Below, one piece after another: positions 20,232-31,330 of a stretch of DNA of 64,000 bases. Position 1 is the first letter of the stretch. The number at the start of each line of letters is the position of its first letter. The notes beneath the pieces are model-generated. The model searched no databases. It saw only the letters and a program-made list of their open reading frames with translations, and was not told where the DNA came from. A program made the position numbers and the translations under genes. Source of the stretch: Dysgonamonadaceae bacterium (GTDB lineage Bacteria; Bacteroidota; Bacteroidia; Bacteroidales; Azobacteroidaceae); contig JAIRKO010000039.1 of NCBI GenBank assembly GCA_031260045.1, forward strand, positions 122,210 through 186,209, written 5' to 3'.

Positions 20232-22676
20232 TTATTTAACAACTTTCACCACCTCATGAGTTTTCCCCGCAAACTTCAAGATATAAACGCCTTTCGGCAG
20301 GTGCGTTGTCGGAATAGAAGTTGTACCGGAGGCGTTCAGGACATATTCGCCGAGTTTTTGTCCCGCCGCGCCGTAAACGGATACGGAAGTTGTTCCCGCC
20401 GGATAGGCGAGCAGGAAACGGTCGCCTTGATTGGAAACTTTCACTGCGTCGGCATTCTTTACGACGGTAATTGCGGTGTTAGTATCCACCCAATCGGCAT
20501 CACCCTGTTTGATTTGCAAGGTGAGATTGCAGGCGCGGGAAGCGATGTAAATATTGGCGCTACGCCCGGAAACGCCCTCAGGTAGCGTCTCGACGGTAAC
20601 CGGAATAGAAACGGTCGTTTCCGTTTCGGGATAATATGCAGGATTTTCCATAGAAATCCAGTCGGGAAGTTCTTCCAACCGCCATGATTCGGCTTTCCAA
20701 TAGGTATTGATTACAAAATCTTTCGTACCGCCGGCGTTGGGCGCTTCATACCGATTGTCGTCCGCGTGCAGGAAAGGAAACGCAGCATTCATCCCGAATA
20801 TAAAAGAAGTGTACCAACCAAATACATCCGAGACAGGCATGAATTCCGATTTGTCCGCCATTTCAAAAACTACATAAGCGGAAGGCTCGTCTAAAATGTG
20901 ATCGTCGTACTGTGCCAACACATTAACATTGTCCGTAAAGCCCGACAGCACGGCAACAAAAGCGTCCTTTATTTCAATATCGGTATCGGTTTCGCGCCCG
21001 TCGTCGCCAATTGCCTTGAATGTGAACGCGGCTGTAGTAACGCCGTCTTCATTGGTTGGAAACGGAATATCCGCTCCCATAAGGGTAGAAACCGCAATTG
21101 TATCCTGCGGCACGTCATTATCATCCACGCGGATAAGTTCTAACTTCAATTCCGTATCGGGAATTTCCGTATAAAGCAAATGCACATAGAAAGTGTCGAA
21201 AACGTATGGGGCGAGCGGTTTTGCAAAATATTCGCCCACGCCTTTAAAAGGATAGCCGTAGGCTTCCAAATAATTTGAGGAAAACAGCGAGTTTCCACCA
21301 CCGTCCATTGTTCCGGAAATATTTTTTTGCAAATCATAATTTCCCACGCTGTAACGCTTGATACTTCCGTCGGATAACTTATATTCGGCAGCCCCGCCGT
21401 AGGCTACCCGTCCCACTTTCTCCTCTTCGCCTTCTTCCGAAATAATACCCCATTGGAAAACGGAAACGATATCTCCCCGACGCGCGTTTAAGAGAGGCGC
21501 GGGATGGTTGGAATAAGGATAGGCAATTTCCGGATTTTCTTCCGCAACGGCAACAAAATCATCCGTTTTGGGAGAGTAAAACGCCCAGTCGACGGATTGA
21601 GTTGCGGTATTTTTGGCATACGCCCACCGCACCGGAATGTAAGCCGGATTGAGAATCGCATTTTCGGAACAATCGTTAAAATCCTTATCCAATCCCCAAT
21701 AAAAAGAGCCTTCCGGTTTTGAATAAACCGCTTCGGGCTGCGGTATATTTACCTTTATTTCATCCAAAAAGGCAGATTCCCCCGTTCCGTTGTTTGCATA
21801 GCGAAAGGCAACTTTGACGGACTTTCCCACATAAGGCGACAGGTCGATGTTGAAAAAAAACCAGGACGTATTGTTGGATAAATAATTTTCAAGTTCCGCA
21901 TCCGTATAACTCATCGCATCCTCATATACTTCCCAGATTTTAGTCCAGATTAAGCCATCGTCTTCCGAAATCAGGACTTCAATTTGTTCGTTATTTTGAT
22001 CAAATACAAACTGTCCATCGCCTTCCGCTTCAAGATTGATCCGCACCCACGCCGGATTATAATTTAATCTAAAATTCAAATATTCGTCCTGTTTCGGGGT
22101 GAATGTCGACGTAATTAACCATTCATCCTGAGGTTGCATGGGGACTTCCGCCTCTTCATCAAAATAAAACTGAATACTTGCCATATAGTTTCCTGCATAA
22201 GGAAAGAAACCCATTTCTGTGTTCCCCATTACCTTCCATAGAAATGCGTCGGGGGTAGGGGGATCCATTTTGGAAAGATTTTCCCAACCGGCGGGCAGCC
22301 AGTTTTCCGTTTCGCCGTCCCATCCTTCAAAACCTTCGTAAAAGGTATCGGCGTTTGCCGCCGCTGCCAACGGGGCTTTTGCACGACCGGAGGACTTTAA
22401 TGCGTGCGAAATTTTGTTTCGCAATGCTGTATTTGCCCGCGTCAACAGTTTTTTCACCCGTCCGTCCGTTAGTTCGACAATACGCAATTGGGCGCCGTTT
22501 TTCAATTCTTTGGCGTAAAGCGTTTGCCGTATATCCGTTTCCGAAATCGGTTTGATTGCCCGATTGGCAACAGCCTTTGCTTCTTTGTAATATTCCGGCT
22601 GTTTAGTCGGAAGCGTTTGAGCGTTTAGCTCAAATAAAACGGCTACGAGCGCCGTTAAGAACATCGTTTTTTTCAT
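20232..22676 (-). CDS. Secreted T9SS substrate with cleaved-adhesin/MAM-like, BACON-like and type A C-terminal sorting domains
   Basis: Signal peptide; FYEGFEGW..DEWLIT..IDLSPYVGK.V.VAFRY; BACON-like W..DWIS...GRSA.I..QIKQG; C-terminal LPKGVYILK..KVVK. Confidence 0.78.
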   Translation of the reverse strand: MKKTMFLTALVAVLFELNAQTLPTKQPEYYKEAKAVANRAIKPISETDIRQTLYAKELKNGAQLRIVELTDGRVKKLLTRANTALRNKISHALKSSGRAKAPLAAAANADTFYEGFEGWDGETENWLPAGWENLSKMDPPTPDAFLWKVMGNTEMGFFPYAGNYMASIQFYFDEEAEVPMQPQDEWLITSTFTPKQDEYLNFRLNYNPAWVRINLEAEGDGQFVFDQNNEQIEVLISEDDGLIWTKIWEVYEDAMSYTDAELENYLSNNTSWFFFNIDLSPYVGKSVKVAFRYANNGTGESAFLDEIKVNIPQPEAVYSKPEGSFYWGLDKDFNDCSENAILNPAYIPVRWAYAKNTATQSVDWAFYSPKTDDFVAVAEENPEIAYPYSNHPAPLLNARRGDIVSVFQWGIISEEGEEEKVGRVAYGGAAEYKLSDGSIKRYSVGNYDLQKNISGTMDGGGNSLFSSNYLEAYGYPFKGVGEYFAKPLAPYVFDTFYVHLLYTEIPDTELKLELIRVDDNDVPQDTIAVSTLMGADIPFPTNEDGVTTAAFTFKAIGDDGRETDTDIEIKDAFVAVLSGFTDNVNVLAQYDDHILDEPSAYVVFEMADKSEFMPVSDVFGWYTSFIFGMNAAFPFLHADDNRYEAPNAGGTKDFVINTYWKAESWRLEELPDWISMENPAYYPETETTVSIPVTVETLPEGVSGRSANIYIASRACNLTLQIKQGDADWVDTNTAITVVKNADAVKVSNQGDRFLLAYPAGTTSVSVYGAAGQKLGEYVLNASGTTSIPTTHLPKGVYILKFAGKTHEVVKVVK

Positions 22677-22724
22677 ACTGTTATTTAAATATTCATATTA
22701 TAACTTAGAAGAGTCGCCTCTTAT

Positions 22725-24035
22725 TCATTTCAAAGAGAGCGAAAACCCGTTTCCGGAATTGGAAACGCTTGTAAAACGCAGTACCGACATGGATAATGTC
22801 CGGTCGGTTGCGACCGTATACGAACCGCCCGTTATTAAATCCGATATTTCCCCGAAACCCTCGATTTTACTTTTATAAACGCTGGCGTTCGTGTCTGCCG
22901 TGCCTTTGTCGACGAATATCACTTCGCCCGCTTTTTCCGGATTTTGCAATATTTCAAAATCAAAAGCGCCCTCATAGGGCTTGCCCATTTTGTTGACGCC
23001 GGTTCTGAACGAAAAGGTTTTTGACTTGCGATCCGATTTATATTTGAAAAAGAAATCGCCGAAATTTTCTTTATACACGGTTTTACATCCATCAACCACT
23101 TTGGCGTAAGCCGTTTGGAATGCGCCGTTCAAAGTCGAAGCGTCGAGCGTCCATTCCAAATCCCGATTGTTTTCGTCCAAAAAGAAAGCGAGGGGCGAAA
23201 TGGCGGAGGTAATGCGTATATCCTTATTTTCAGCGGCATAGAGATAATTTTTGTCGTCGCTTAAATTGAAAACCTGAACCGCGACATTTCCCGCCTGAAA
23301 CGGCTTTGCCAAACGTATCCCGTAGTTTGTTACCACGAAAGGCAATTTTTCTTTGTTCTCACCGGCATCGCTGCCGAAAGGAACGGCGTCGAATATACCA
23401 GACGACCCGCCCGACAGCGCAAACAGAGAATCGGCGGCAGCGGAAAGCATGAGGGGCAGAGCGCCTTTGCCGAATAAATTGGCGGACATTTCATCCTGCA
23501 AACGGAAATAGTCGTGCCCTGTTTGCCCTTCGGGTAAGCGATGCAGCCGAATATCCGTCCCCCGTTTTTTGCCTTTCAATGCGAACGTCGTGTCGGATGC
23601 ACTGATGATTATAAATTCGTAATCGCCGCCCAGTCCTATTCCCAATCCATTTCCCAGCTTGGTGTTCGGGTCGGAAAAGAGGTGCAAAACATCAATGTAG
23701 GTATCGAATGTAAGCACGGGACCGGTGTCGTCAATTATGTTCCACGCCCCTTTCGATTCGGCGTATTCTGTCGTATATTCGTTTTTTGCGGCAACGACAG
23801 CCATTCCATCTCCGTTAAACCGGATTGGGAAAATAACGCCACGACTGTCGTTGGTCGGGAAATACTCCATAATCCAGCCGTTTTCGGCAGATACGAGCAT
23901 TTCCTTAGCATCCTTAACAGCCTGATTTAAACGCACAGCCGCCGGTTCGTCAAACAAATCCTCTTCTGTTCTTACGCAAGAGGTTACAATAAAACAGCCG
24001 CACAGTAGCAAATATAAAAGGTGATATTTTTTCAT
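22725..24035 (-). CDS. DUF4302-family lipoprotein
   Basis: Lipobox IVTS-C; EDLFDEPAAVRL, NGWIMEYF, GPVLTFDTY, GGDYEF. Confidence 0.8.
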   Translation of the reverse strand: MKKYHLLYLLLCGCFIVTSCVRTEEDLFDEPAAVRLNQAVKDAKEMLVSAENGWIMEYFPTNDSRGVIFPIRFNGDGMAVVAAKNEYTTEYAESKGAWNIIDDTGPVLTFDTYIDVLHLFSDPNTKLGNGLGIGLGGDYEFIIISASDTTFALKGKKRGTDIRLHRLPEGQTGHDYFRLQDEMSANLFGKGALPLMLSAAADSLFALSGGSSGIFDAVPFGSDAGENKEKLPFVVTNYGIRLAKPFQAGNVAVQVFNLSDDKNYLYAAENKDIRITSAISPLAFFLDENNRDLEWTLDASTLNGAFQTAYAKVVDGCKTVYKENFGDFFFKYKSDRKSKTFSFRTGVNKMGKPYEGAFDFEILQNPEKAGEVIFVDKGTADTNASVYKSKIEGFGEISDLITGGSYTVATDRTLSMSVLRFTSVSNSGNGFSLSLK

Positions 24036-24057
24036 CGTAAATATGTGTGAAAAATTA

Positions 24058-24128
24058 AGTTATGTTATGAGTAAACAAGTTGACAAGTACAACGAGTTAC
24101 CCCCTTTTCTTGTTTACTCGTCTACTCA
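24058..24128. repeat. 8-bp-period inverted repeat
   Basis: GAGTAAAC AAGTTGAC AAGT ... CTTGTTTA CTCGTCTA CTC. Confidence 0.65.
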
Positions 24129-25096
24129 TTATGCTTATAAGCGTTAATTTCTTCGTATCCTTCGGCGAGGGCTTCTTTAATTTTCAGCTGGCGTTCCGCC
24201 ACATTGGCGCGTAGAGCGTCCAAATCCACGTCCCAAGATTCTTTCAGCCATTTGCGGCAAATTTCTATTTTCGTTTCAATGATTGCTTTCCCGTCCAAAG
24301 GGTCTGACACTTGCACCCCATCCCGATTGACACCGGGTTTGGCAGCCGCATCTTTCCAACTTTCCCACCACTCATCGGAGCGGACAATATAGTTGGCGAT
24401 GATTTCCACAAAGTCTTCGCGGGGCTGGCTGCTCCCGTAAGGGGACGCAAATCCTAAGGAGGCGGCTTCCGAATCTGTGCGTTCCTGCCAGTAACTCACA
24501 TCATAATAGCCTGCCGAAAAGGTTTCAAACTCTTTGGGAAATGTTTTTTTCTGATGCAGGATGTGGGCAAATTCGTGGTGCATGGTTTTGAAATAATATT
24601 CGTTTAGCAGGTCAATCCGGTTTGGATCCATTTGGTTACATTCATAGAGCGTAATTTTAATTCCGGCTTCGGCAGTACCCAATACCACCGTGTGCAGACG
24701 CGGATTATAAGCGCCCGAACCGATTAAATGAATGATGCGCGGTCCATACTGTTTCAGGAATTGCGGGTTTACGGCTTCTTTGTACACGTCGAACCACAGG
24801 TATTTTGACAGGATGGCTATTTGTTTGGCTTTATCCAAATCGGCGGGTATCAGGTTATAATCCGTACTCGAACCGGCGTCCTGCATCCGGTAACGAAAAT
24901 CCAAATTATATGGTTTCAAATAGTTTTCTTCCAGCCATTTGTTAAAAGGATAAAATTCCGATTGGGTATTCGTCGCCGGCTCGTCTTCAAATATTGAGTC
25001 GGTAAAAGCGTCTTCAAATTTTATGCAGGATGAAAACAGGACGGACAGGCATGTTAGTAGCAGGATTTTGTTGTATTTTTTTGCTGTTGCTTTCAT
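24122..25096 (-). CDS. Putative zinc-binding metallopeptidase lipoprotein (substrate-import-associated)
   Basis: Lipobox LFSS-C; GTAEAG.KI, HHEFAHILH (HExxH), EDFVE. Confidence 0.85.
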   Translation of the reverse strand: MKATAKKYNKILLLTCLSVLFSSCIKFEDAFTDSIFEDEPATNTQSEFYPFNKWLEENYLKPYNLDFRYRMQDAGSSTDYNLIPADLDKAKQIAILSKYLWFDVYKEAVNPQFLKQYGPRIIHLIGSGAYNPRLHTVVLGTAEAGIKITLYECNQMDPNRIDLLNEYYFKTMHHEFAHILHQKKTFPKEFETFSAGYYDVSYWQERTDSEAASLGFASPYGSSQPREDFVEIIANYIVRSDEWWESWKDAAAKPGVNRDGVQVSDPLDGKAIIETKIEICRKWLKESWDVDLDALRANVAERQLKIKEALAEGYEEINAYKHNE

Positions 25097-25189
25097 ATGT
25101 ACAGATATTTATTTTAGCTCTTAAAAACTCATTTTGGGCTGTAAAGGTAAGCATTGTTTTTTGAAAAACAATTTTGCTGTTAAAACGTT

Positions 25190-25320
25190 GTCATTGCGGG
25201 CGGAGCGAAGCCAAAACATCGCAGCCGTCATTGCGAAGGCGAAGCCTGAAGCAATGACGGCTACATAATTCAACCGCGCCTTGCAGAGGATTGCAAGTCT
25301 CCGATTCGCCCGCAATAACG
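25190..25320. repeat. Composite REP-like element cluster
   Basis: GTCATTGCGGGCGGAGCGAAG; AGCCGTCATTGCGAAGGCGAAGCCTGAAGCAATGACGGCT hairpin; GATTGCAAGTCTCCGATTCGCCCGCAATAACG. Confidence 0.78.
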
Positions 25321-25332
25321 GGCTTTTGATTG

Positions 25333-26484
25333 TCATTCAAAATAATTCAAAATCCGATACCCAGCCTCCTTTAAATAGGCTTCTTTTTTCATTTCTTTCA
25401 CATCGTTTTGCATCATGTCTTCGATGAGCAGATTTAAGTCATATTCAGGTTGCCATGAAAGTTTTGTGCGGGCTTTTGTGGCGTCGCCGATAAGCAATTC
25501 CACTTCCGTAGGGCGGAAATATTTCGCATCAACCTTGACAACGGGCTTTCCAATTCTCTTTTTGACGGATTCCAGATACGGTTCGCCGATTTTTTTTACA
25601 AACAAATCATCCTCAATTTGCACTATTTTTCCGGTTTCATTCGCTCCTTCTCCCTGAAATTCAATGCTTAGCCCAATTTCCTGAAAGGCTTTCCCGATGA
25701 AATCGCGAATTGTTGTGGTAATGCCCGTCGCGATAACATAATCGTCGGGTGCATCCTGTTGCAAAATCAGATACATGGCTTTGACGTAATCTTTTGCATG
25801 ACCCCAGTCACGCTTGCTGGAAAGATTGCCCATATACACCTCTTGCTGTATGCCCAACGCAATCCGGGCAACGGCTCGCGTTACCTTTCGGGTTACAAAA
25901 GTTTCGCCGCGCAGGGGCGATTCGTGATTGAAGAGTATTCCGTTGCAGGCAAACATGTTGTATGCTTCCCGATAATTGACCGTAATCCAGTAGGCATACA
26001 TTTTGGCTACCGCATACGGGCTTCTCGGATAAAACGGAGTGGTTTCCTTTTGGGGAATTTCCTGCACCAGTCCGTACAGTTCCGATGTGGAAGCCTGATA
26101 AATCCGCGTTTTGCCCGTCAAACCCAGCAGGCGCACGGCTTCCAGCACACGCAACGTACCCAGTCCATCCACATTTGCCGTGTATTCGGGCGTATCAAAA
26201 CTGACTTTTACGTGGCTCTGGGCAGCAAGATTATAGATTTCATCCGGTCGAATATCCCCGATTACCCGCGTAATATTCATCGAATCGGTCATATCCCCGT
26301 AGTGCAAAATCAAATTTCTGTTTTCCTGATGCGGGTCTTGATACAGATGGTCGATTCTGTCCGTATTGAATAGCGATGCCCGCCGTTTAATACCGTGAAC
26401 CGTATATCCTTTTTTTACCAGAAACTCAGACAAATAAGCTCCGTCCTGTCCGGTAACTCCCGTAAGCAAAGCAACTTTTCCCAT
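25333..26484 (-). CDS. gmd: GDP-mannose 4,6-dehydratase
   Basis: [35 protein letters not shown]. Confidence 0.97.
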   Translation of the reverse strand: MGKVALLTGVTGQDGAYLSEFLVKKGYTVHGIKRRASLFNTDRIDHLYQDPHQENRNLILHYGDMTDSMNITRVIGDIRPDEIYNLAAQSHVKVSFDTPEYTANVDGLGTLRVLEAVRLLGLTGKTRIYQASTSELYGLVQEIPQKETTPFYPRSPYAVAKMYAYWITVNYREAYNMFACNGILFNHESPLRGETFVTRKVTRAVARIALGIQQEVYMGNLSSKRDWGHAKDYVKAMYLILQQDAPDDYVIATGITTTIRDFIGKAFQEIGLSIEFQGEGANETGKIVQIEDDLFVKKIGEPYLESVKKRIGKPVVKVDAKYFRPTEVELLIGDATKARTKLSWQPEYDLNLLIEDMMQNDVKEMKKEAYLKEAGYRILNYFE

Positions 26485-26509
26485 AATATAAACTCTTAGT
26501 TTTTAACTC

Positions 26510-27580
26510 TTAACTCCCCAAATACCACGCATACAATTTCCCCACCCCCTCTTCAACATCAATTTTATGTTTCCACCCCAACCGGTGCAATGTAGTCGGG
26601 TCGGTCAGCTTGCGCATTGTTCCGTCGGGTTTATCGGCGTTGAAAACAAATTCGCCTTGATAGCCGACCGTTTTTGCAATTAAATCCGCCAAATTGCGAA
26701 TAGAAATATCTTTCCCCGTCCCGATATTAACGTGCGTATTCCTGATTTCTTTTCCCTGCGGCGTTAAATCCTTAAAATCAACATTTTCCATAATGAAAAT
26801 GCAGGCGTCTGCCATTTCTTCGCTCCACAAAAACTCGCGTAAAGGCTTTCCGGTACCCCAGATTTCCACGCTGTTTTTTTTCACGCCGTATTTTTCCAAT
26901 ATGGCGGTTATGGCGTTTTCTCCGGCATTTCCGTCAACGCCTTCGATGGGCAAGCGGTTCAAATCTTTTTGAACCGCATCCAAATCGTTATCCATCAGTC
27001 TTTTCGCTAAATGGACTTTACGAAGAAGCGCAGGTAGGACGTGCGATTTTTCCAAATCGAAATTGTCATTTGGTCCATATAAATTTGTAGGCATAACGGC
27101 AATATAATTCGTACCGTATTGAAGATTATAGCTTTCGCAAAGTTTAATTCCGGCGATTTTGGCAATCGCGTAAGGTTCGTTCGTGTATTCGAGTGGCGAA
27201 GTCAACAAACAGTTTTCCGGCATCGGCTGGGGCGTTTCGCGGGGATAAATGCAGGTCGAACCCAAAAACAGCAACTTTTTCACGCCGTTCATCCAAGCGG
27301 CATGAATTACGTTGTTTTGGATTTGCAGGTTTTCGTAAATAAACTGCCCGCGCAAGGTATTGTTTGCCGCAATGCCGCCAACTTTTGCCGCCGCAAGCAT
27401 GACATAATCGGGCTTTTCTTTTGCAAAAAAATCAAATACCGCCTGTTGATTGCTCAAATCCAATTCGCGATGGATTCTTAAAACAAAATTGTTATAATTT
27501 TTTGATTTTAAGTTTTTTAATATTGCGGAGCCTACCAAGCCATTGTGTCCCGCAATGAATATTTTTCCGTCTAACCGCAT
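26510..27580 (-). CDS. fcl: GDP-L-fucose synthase
   Basis: GHNGLVGS, AAKVGGI, GSTCIYP, YAIAK, KPDG. Confidence 0.95.
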   Translation of the reverse strand: MRLDGKIFIAGHNGLVGSAILKNLKSKNYNNFVLRIHRELDLSNQQAVFDFFAKEKPDYVMLAAAKVGGIAANNTLRGQFIYENLQIQNNVIHAAWMNGVKKLLFLGSTCIYPRETPQPMPENCLLTSPLEYTNEPYAIAKIAGIKLCESYNLQYGTNYIAVMPTNLYGPNDNFDLEKSHVLPALLRKVHLAKRLMDNDLDAVQKDLNRLPIEGVDGNAGENAITAILEKYGVKKNSVEIWGTGKPLREFLWSEEMADACIFIMENVDFKDLTPQGKEIRNTHVNIGTGKDISIRNLADLIAKTVGYQGEFVFNADKPDGTMRKLTDPTTLHRLGWKHKIDVEEGVGKLYAWYLGS

Positions 27581-27595
27581 AGGAAGATAAGATTT

Positions 27596-29302
27596 TTATT
27601 TCCTGTAATATTTTAAATTATCCATATCAAAGCCGGAAATGAAGTCGTCAATTTTTTTCACTTCCGCTTCGGTGCAAGCAACGTACACTTCCGCAGAAAC
27701 CCTGAACGCTTCGGGGTTTCGCTGCGTGTCCAGCAATAAAAGGTAACTCAAAATAATATGACCGGTGCAATCAACCAGCCGCCGCGCATGGAAATCAATG
27801 TATTCGTTGTTTTTCGTATCTGCCACTTTCGGTACAAGCCGTTCGTATATATCCACCAATTTTGCCAGTCGCGCTTTTAAGCCGGACAGTTCGGGAGCGG
27901 TAATTTCTTCCTGATAGACTTTCATTTGGGCAAGGTAAGCACCCGTCAGGACGTGGCGAATGGCAGCCACAACCTGCAACTGTGTGGTGCCTTCGTAAAT
28001 ATTGGTGATGCGGGCGTCGCGATAATAACGTTCGCAGGGATAGTCTTTCATAAAACCCGAACCGCCGTGGATTTGGACGCAGTCGTAAGCATTCTGGTTG
28101 GCATATTCCGTATTCATGGCTTTGCCAAGCGGGGTGAATGCGTCAGCCAGTTTTTTGTATTTTTTCAGTTCCTCTTTTTCTTCGGCGTCCAATTTGCGTT
28201 CTCTTTCAATGTCTTCCAATGTTTTGTACATATCCACAAAACGGGCGGTTTCGTAAAGAATTGCGCGAGAAGCGTCCAATTTAGCCTTGATATTGGCAAT
28301 CATTTCATAGACGGCGGGAAATTCGATGATGGCTTTTCCGAACTGTTTGCGGTCTTTGGCGTAGGCGACGGCTTCGCGGTAAGCCGCTTCCGAAATACCG
28401 GTTGCCTGCGCCATGATGCCCAAGCGAGCGCCGTTCATCAGCGACATCACATATTTTATCAGTCCCAGTCGGCGGTTGCCGCAAAGTTGGGCTTTGGCGT
28501 TTTTGTAGGTCAATTCGCAAGTCGGCGAACCTTTGATGCCCATTTTGTTTTCAATACGGCGAACATTCACGCCGCCATCGCGTTTGTCGTAGATGAACAT
28601 CGACAATCCGCGCCCGTCTTTCGTACCTTCTTCCGAACGTGCCAAAACCAAGTGAATGTCCGCGTCGCCGTTGGAAATAAAACGCTTAACACCGTTTAGC
28701 CGCCAGCAATTGCCGGCTTCGTCGAAAGTGGCTTTCAGCATCACCGCTTGCAGGTCGGAACCGGCGTCGGGTTCGGTCAAGTCCATCGACATGGTTTCGC
28801 CGGCGCACACGCGCGGAAGGAAAGCCCGACGTTGCGCTTCGTCACCGAATTCGTACAACGTTTCCGCGCAGTCCTGCAAAGCCCAAAGCGTGGCAAATCC
28901 CGCATCGGCGCGGGCAGCCATGTCGGCAGCCATGATAAAGGTTAATGTCGGAAAATTCAGTCCATTGTAGCGGCGAGGCATGGTAAGTCCCATCAAACCG
29001 CCTTGAACTGCCGCATTCAGGTTTTCAACCGTACCCGGAGCGTATTGCACGCGGTTGTTGGATAGGGTAGGACCGTGAGCGTCGACGGCTTCCGCATTCG
29101 GAGCAACCACATCGCCGGTAATTTCGCCGACAATTTCCATTACTTTTTCGTAACTGTCTATCGTGTCTTCAAAATTGAACGGCGCATAGTCGTATTTTTC
29201 CGCATCCGCGTAATTCCGTTCCCTCAATTCAACAATGCGTTTCATCAAGGGATGGTGCAAATGGTGTTTTAATGACGGATTGTCTAAATAAAAATTAGCC
29301 AT
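27596..29302 (-). CDS. Acyl-CoA dehydrogenase
   Basis: MDLTEPDAGSD, LNGVKRFI, RKQFGK, QIHGG.G, IYEGT. Confidence 0.93.
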   Translation of the reverse strand: MANFYLDNPSLKHHLHHPLMKRIVELRERNYADAEKYDYAPFNFEDTIDSYEKVMEIVGEITGDVVAPNAEAVDAHGPTLSNNRVQYAPGTVENLNAAVQGGLMGLTMPRRYNGLNFPTLTFIMAADMAARADAGFATLWALQDCAETLYEFGDEAQRRAFLPRVCAGETMSMDLTEPDAGSDLQAVMLKATFDEAGNCWRLNGVKRFISNGDADIHLVLARSEEGTKDGRGLSMFIYDKRDGGVNVRRIENKMGIKGSPTCELTYKNAKAQLCGNRRLGLIKYVMSLMNGARLGIMAQATGISEAAYREAVAYAKDRKQFGKAIIEFPAVYEMIANIKAKLDASRAILYETARFVDMYKTLEDIERERKLDAEEKEELKKYKKLADAFTPLGKAMNTEYANQNAYDCVQIHGGSGFMKDYPCERYYRDARITNIYEGTTQLQVVAAIRHVLTGAYLAQMKVYQEEITAPELSGLKARLAKLVDIYERLVPKVADTKNNEYIDFHARRLVDCTGHIILSYLLLLDTQRNPEAFRVSAEVYVACTEAEVKKIDDFISGFDMDNLKYYRK

Positions 29303-29308
29303 GTTTTA

Positions 29309-30328
29309 TTATTTACTGTTCTTTTTGTAATACTTAATCATCTTCGGGATAACGGTTTCCGCCTCCCCAACAATTACGTAATCGGCAATTGTATTGATCG
29401 GGGCGTTCGCGTCGTTATTGACGGAAATGATGATGGAAGAATCCTGCATCCCCGCCACATGCTGGATTTGCCCCGAAATACCACATGCAATGTAGAGTTT
29501 TGGGCGAACGGTAACGCCGGTCTGCCCAATCTGGCGCTCATGTTCCGTAAAACCGGCGTCCACAGCGGCACGCGAAGCGCCGACTTCTGCACCGACGGTT
29601 GCCGCCAACTGGTGCAACAACTCAAAATTTTCCTTAGAACCCATTCCGTATCCGCCCGCTACGATAATCGGAGCGGATTTAACGTTAATTTTCGACGATT
29701 CAATGTGGCGTTCAATGATGCCGACGGCAAAATCTTCGTCCGAAACATATTCGGAAGGATTGTGCGCAACGGTTTCGCCGCGATAGTTCGCGTCCCGTAT
29801 CTCTTTTTTCATCACGCCTTCGCGCACGGTTGCCATCTGCGGGCGATTGTCGGGATTGACAATGGTTGCCACAATATTGCCCCCGAAAGCCGGACGAATT
29901 TGATAAAGCAAATTTTTGTAGGTTTTATTCTCCTTTTTTTCTTCGTGGTCGCCGATTTCCAACGCCGTGCAGTCGGCAGTTAACCCGCTGAATAGGGCGG
30001 AAGAAACGCGCGGACCTAAATCCCGACCCACGCCGGTTGCGCCCATGAGCGCGATTTGCGGTTTTTCTTCCTTGAAAAGTTTCACGAGAATGGCGGTGTG
30101 GGGTAGGGAAGTGTAGGGCGACAGGCGTTTGTCGTCAAACAGGTGAAGCCTGTCCACCCCGTAGGGAAAAACCTGCGTCCCGATTTGGTTCAATCCGCTG
30201 CCGGCAGCCACAGCCTCAAGTTTGCAATTCAGTTTGTCGGCAAGCGCACGCCCTTTGGTGAGGAGTTCGAGGCTGACGTCTTCCGTTTTGCCGTTTTCTA
30301 TTTCCAGATAAACAAAAATATTGTTCAT
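29309..30328 (-). CDS. etfA: Electron transfer flavoprotein alpha subunit
   Basis: GLTADC, GASRAAVD, QIGQTG, GISGQIQH. Confidence 0.95.
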   Translation of the reverse strand: MNNIFVYLEIENGKTEDVSLELLTKGRALADKLNCKLEAVAAGSGLNQIGTQVFPYGVDRLHLFDDKRLSPYTSLPHTAILVKLFKEEKPQIALMGATGVGRDLGPRVSSALFSGLTADCTALEIGDHEEKKENKTYKNLLYQIRPAFGGNIVATIVNPDNRPQMATVREGVMKKEIRDANYRGETVAHNPSEYVSDEDFAVGIIERHIESSKINVKSAPIIVAGGYGMGSKENFELLHQLAATVGAEVGASRAAVDAGFTEHERQIGQTGVTVRPKLYIACGISGQIQHVAGMQDSSIIISVNNDANAPINTIADYVIVGEAETVIPKMIKYYKKNSK

Positions 30329-30331
30329 ATA

Positions 30332-31198
30332 TTATCCAATTGTGTGGTTGTTAATTAGCTCTACCATCAATTCCTCGATTTGCCCATCGGAATCGTCAAA
30401 AGCTTTGCTTTCTTTGGCTTGGAAAACGATGTTTTCGATTTTCTTTACCTTGGTCGGCGAACCCGAAAGCCCGCATTGTTGCGGATCGGCATTCACATCC
30501 GTCGCGCTCCATTCGCCTAATTTGAGGAAAGGTCGCTTATTCAGCAAATCCCCCAACTGAGCCGCCGCCGCTTCGGAAGCCGTTTGCGCATGTTTATATT
30601 TTTGGATCAGCATGGCGTTTCGCGGTCTGCAAGCCGGCGCTGAACCGTTTACGGTAATCAAAAGCGGCAATTTGCCCGCTACGATTTCAACGCCGTGTTC
30701 CAGCCGCCGTTTCACGGTTGCTTTCCCGTCGTTAACAGATTGGATTTCTTCGGCATACGTAATCTGGGGAATGCCTAATTTTTCCGCCACCTGCGGACCC
30801 ACCTGCGCGGTATCGCCATCAATCGCCTGACGACCGGAAATAATAAGGTCGAAACGCCCGACTTTTTTAACCGCCATGTGAAGCGCATAACTCGTCGCCA
30901 AAGTATCCGCGCCCGCAAAAATCCTGTCCGTCAAGAGATAGCCGCCATCTGCGCCCCTGAATAATCCTTCGCGGATAATATCTGCGGCGCGGGGAGGTCC
31001 CATCGTCAGGATGGTTACCGTCGAATTGGGGTGGCTGTCTTTCAGGCGCAAAGCCTGTTCGAGGGCGTTTAAATCTTCGGGGTTGAAAATGGCGGGAAGA
31101 GCGGCGCGGTTCACCGTTCCGTCTTCTTTCATGGCGTCTTTTCCTACATTCCTTGTATCAGGCACTTGCTTTGCCAGTACAATAATTTTTAGACTCAT
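30332..31198 (-). CDS. etfB: Electron transfer flavoprotein beta subunit
   Basis: KQVPD, GADTLAT, GRQAIDGDTAQVGP; -7 box at 31230-31237. Confidence 0.95.
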   Translation of the reverse strand: MSLKIIVLAKQVPDTRNVGKDAMKEDGTVNRAALPAIFNPEDLNALEQALRLKDSHPNSTVTILTMGPPRAADIIREGLFRGADGGYLLTDRIFAGADTLATSYALHMAVKKVGRFDLIISGRQAIDGDTAQVGPQVAEKLGIPQITYAEEIQSVNDGKATVKRRLEHGVEIVAGKLPLLITVNGSAPACRPRNAMLIQKYKHAQTASEAAAAQLGDLLNKRPFLKLGEWSATDVNADPQQCGLSGSPTKVKKIENIVFQAKESKAFDDSDGQIEELMVELINNHTIG

Positions 31199-31330
31199 TT
31201 TGAATAGTATTTTTAGAAAATTGCGGCTGCAAATGTAGCGTTTTATTGTTTACAAACAAATAAAACCGGAGAAAAACCGCACAAAATTGATGAAACTGCG
31301 CAAATATCGGTCGGGTTCAGGCGGCGGTTT

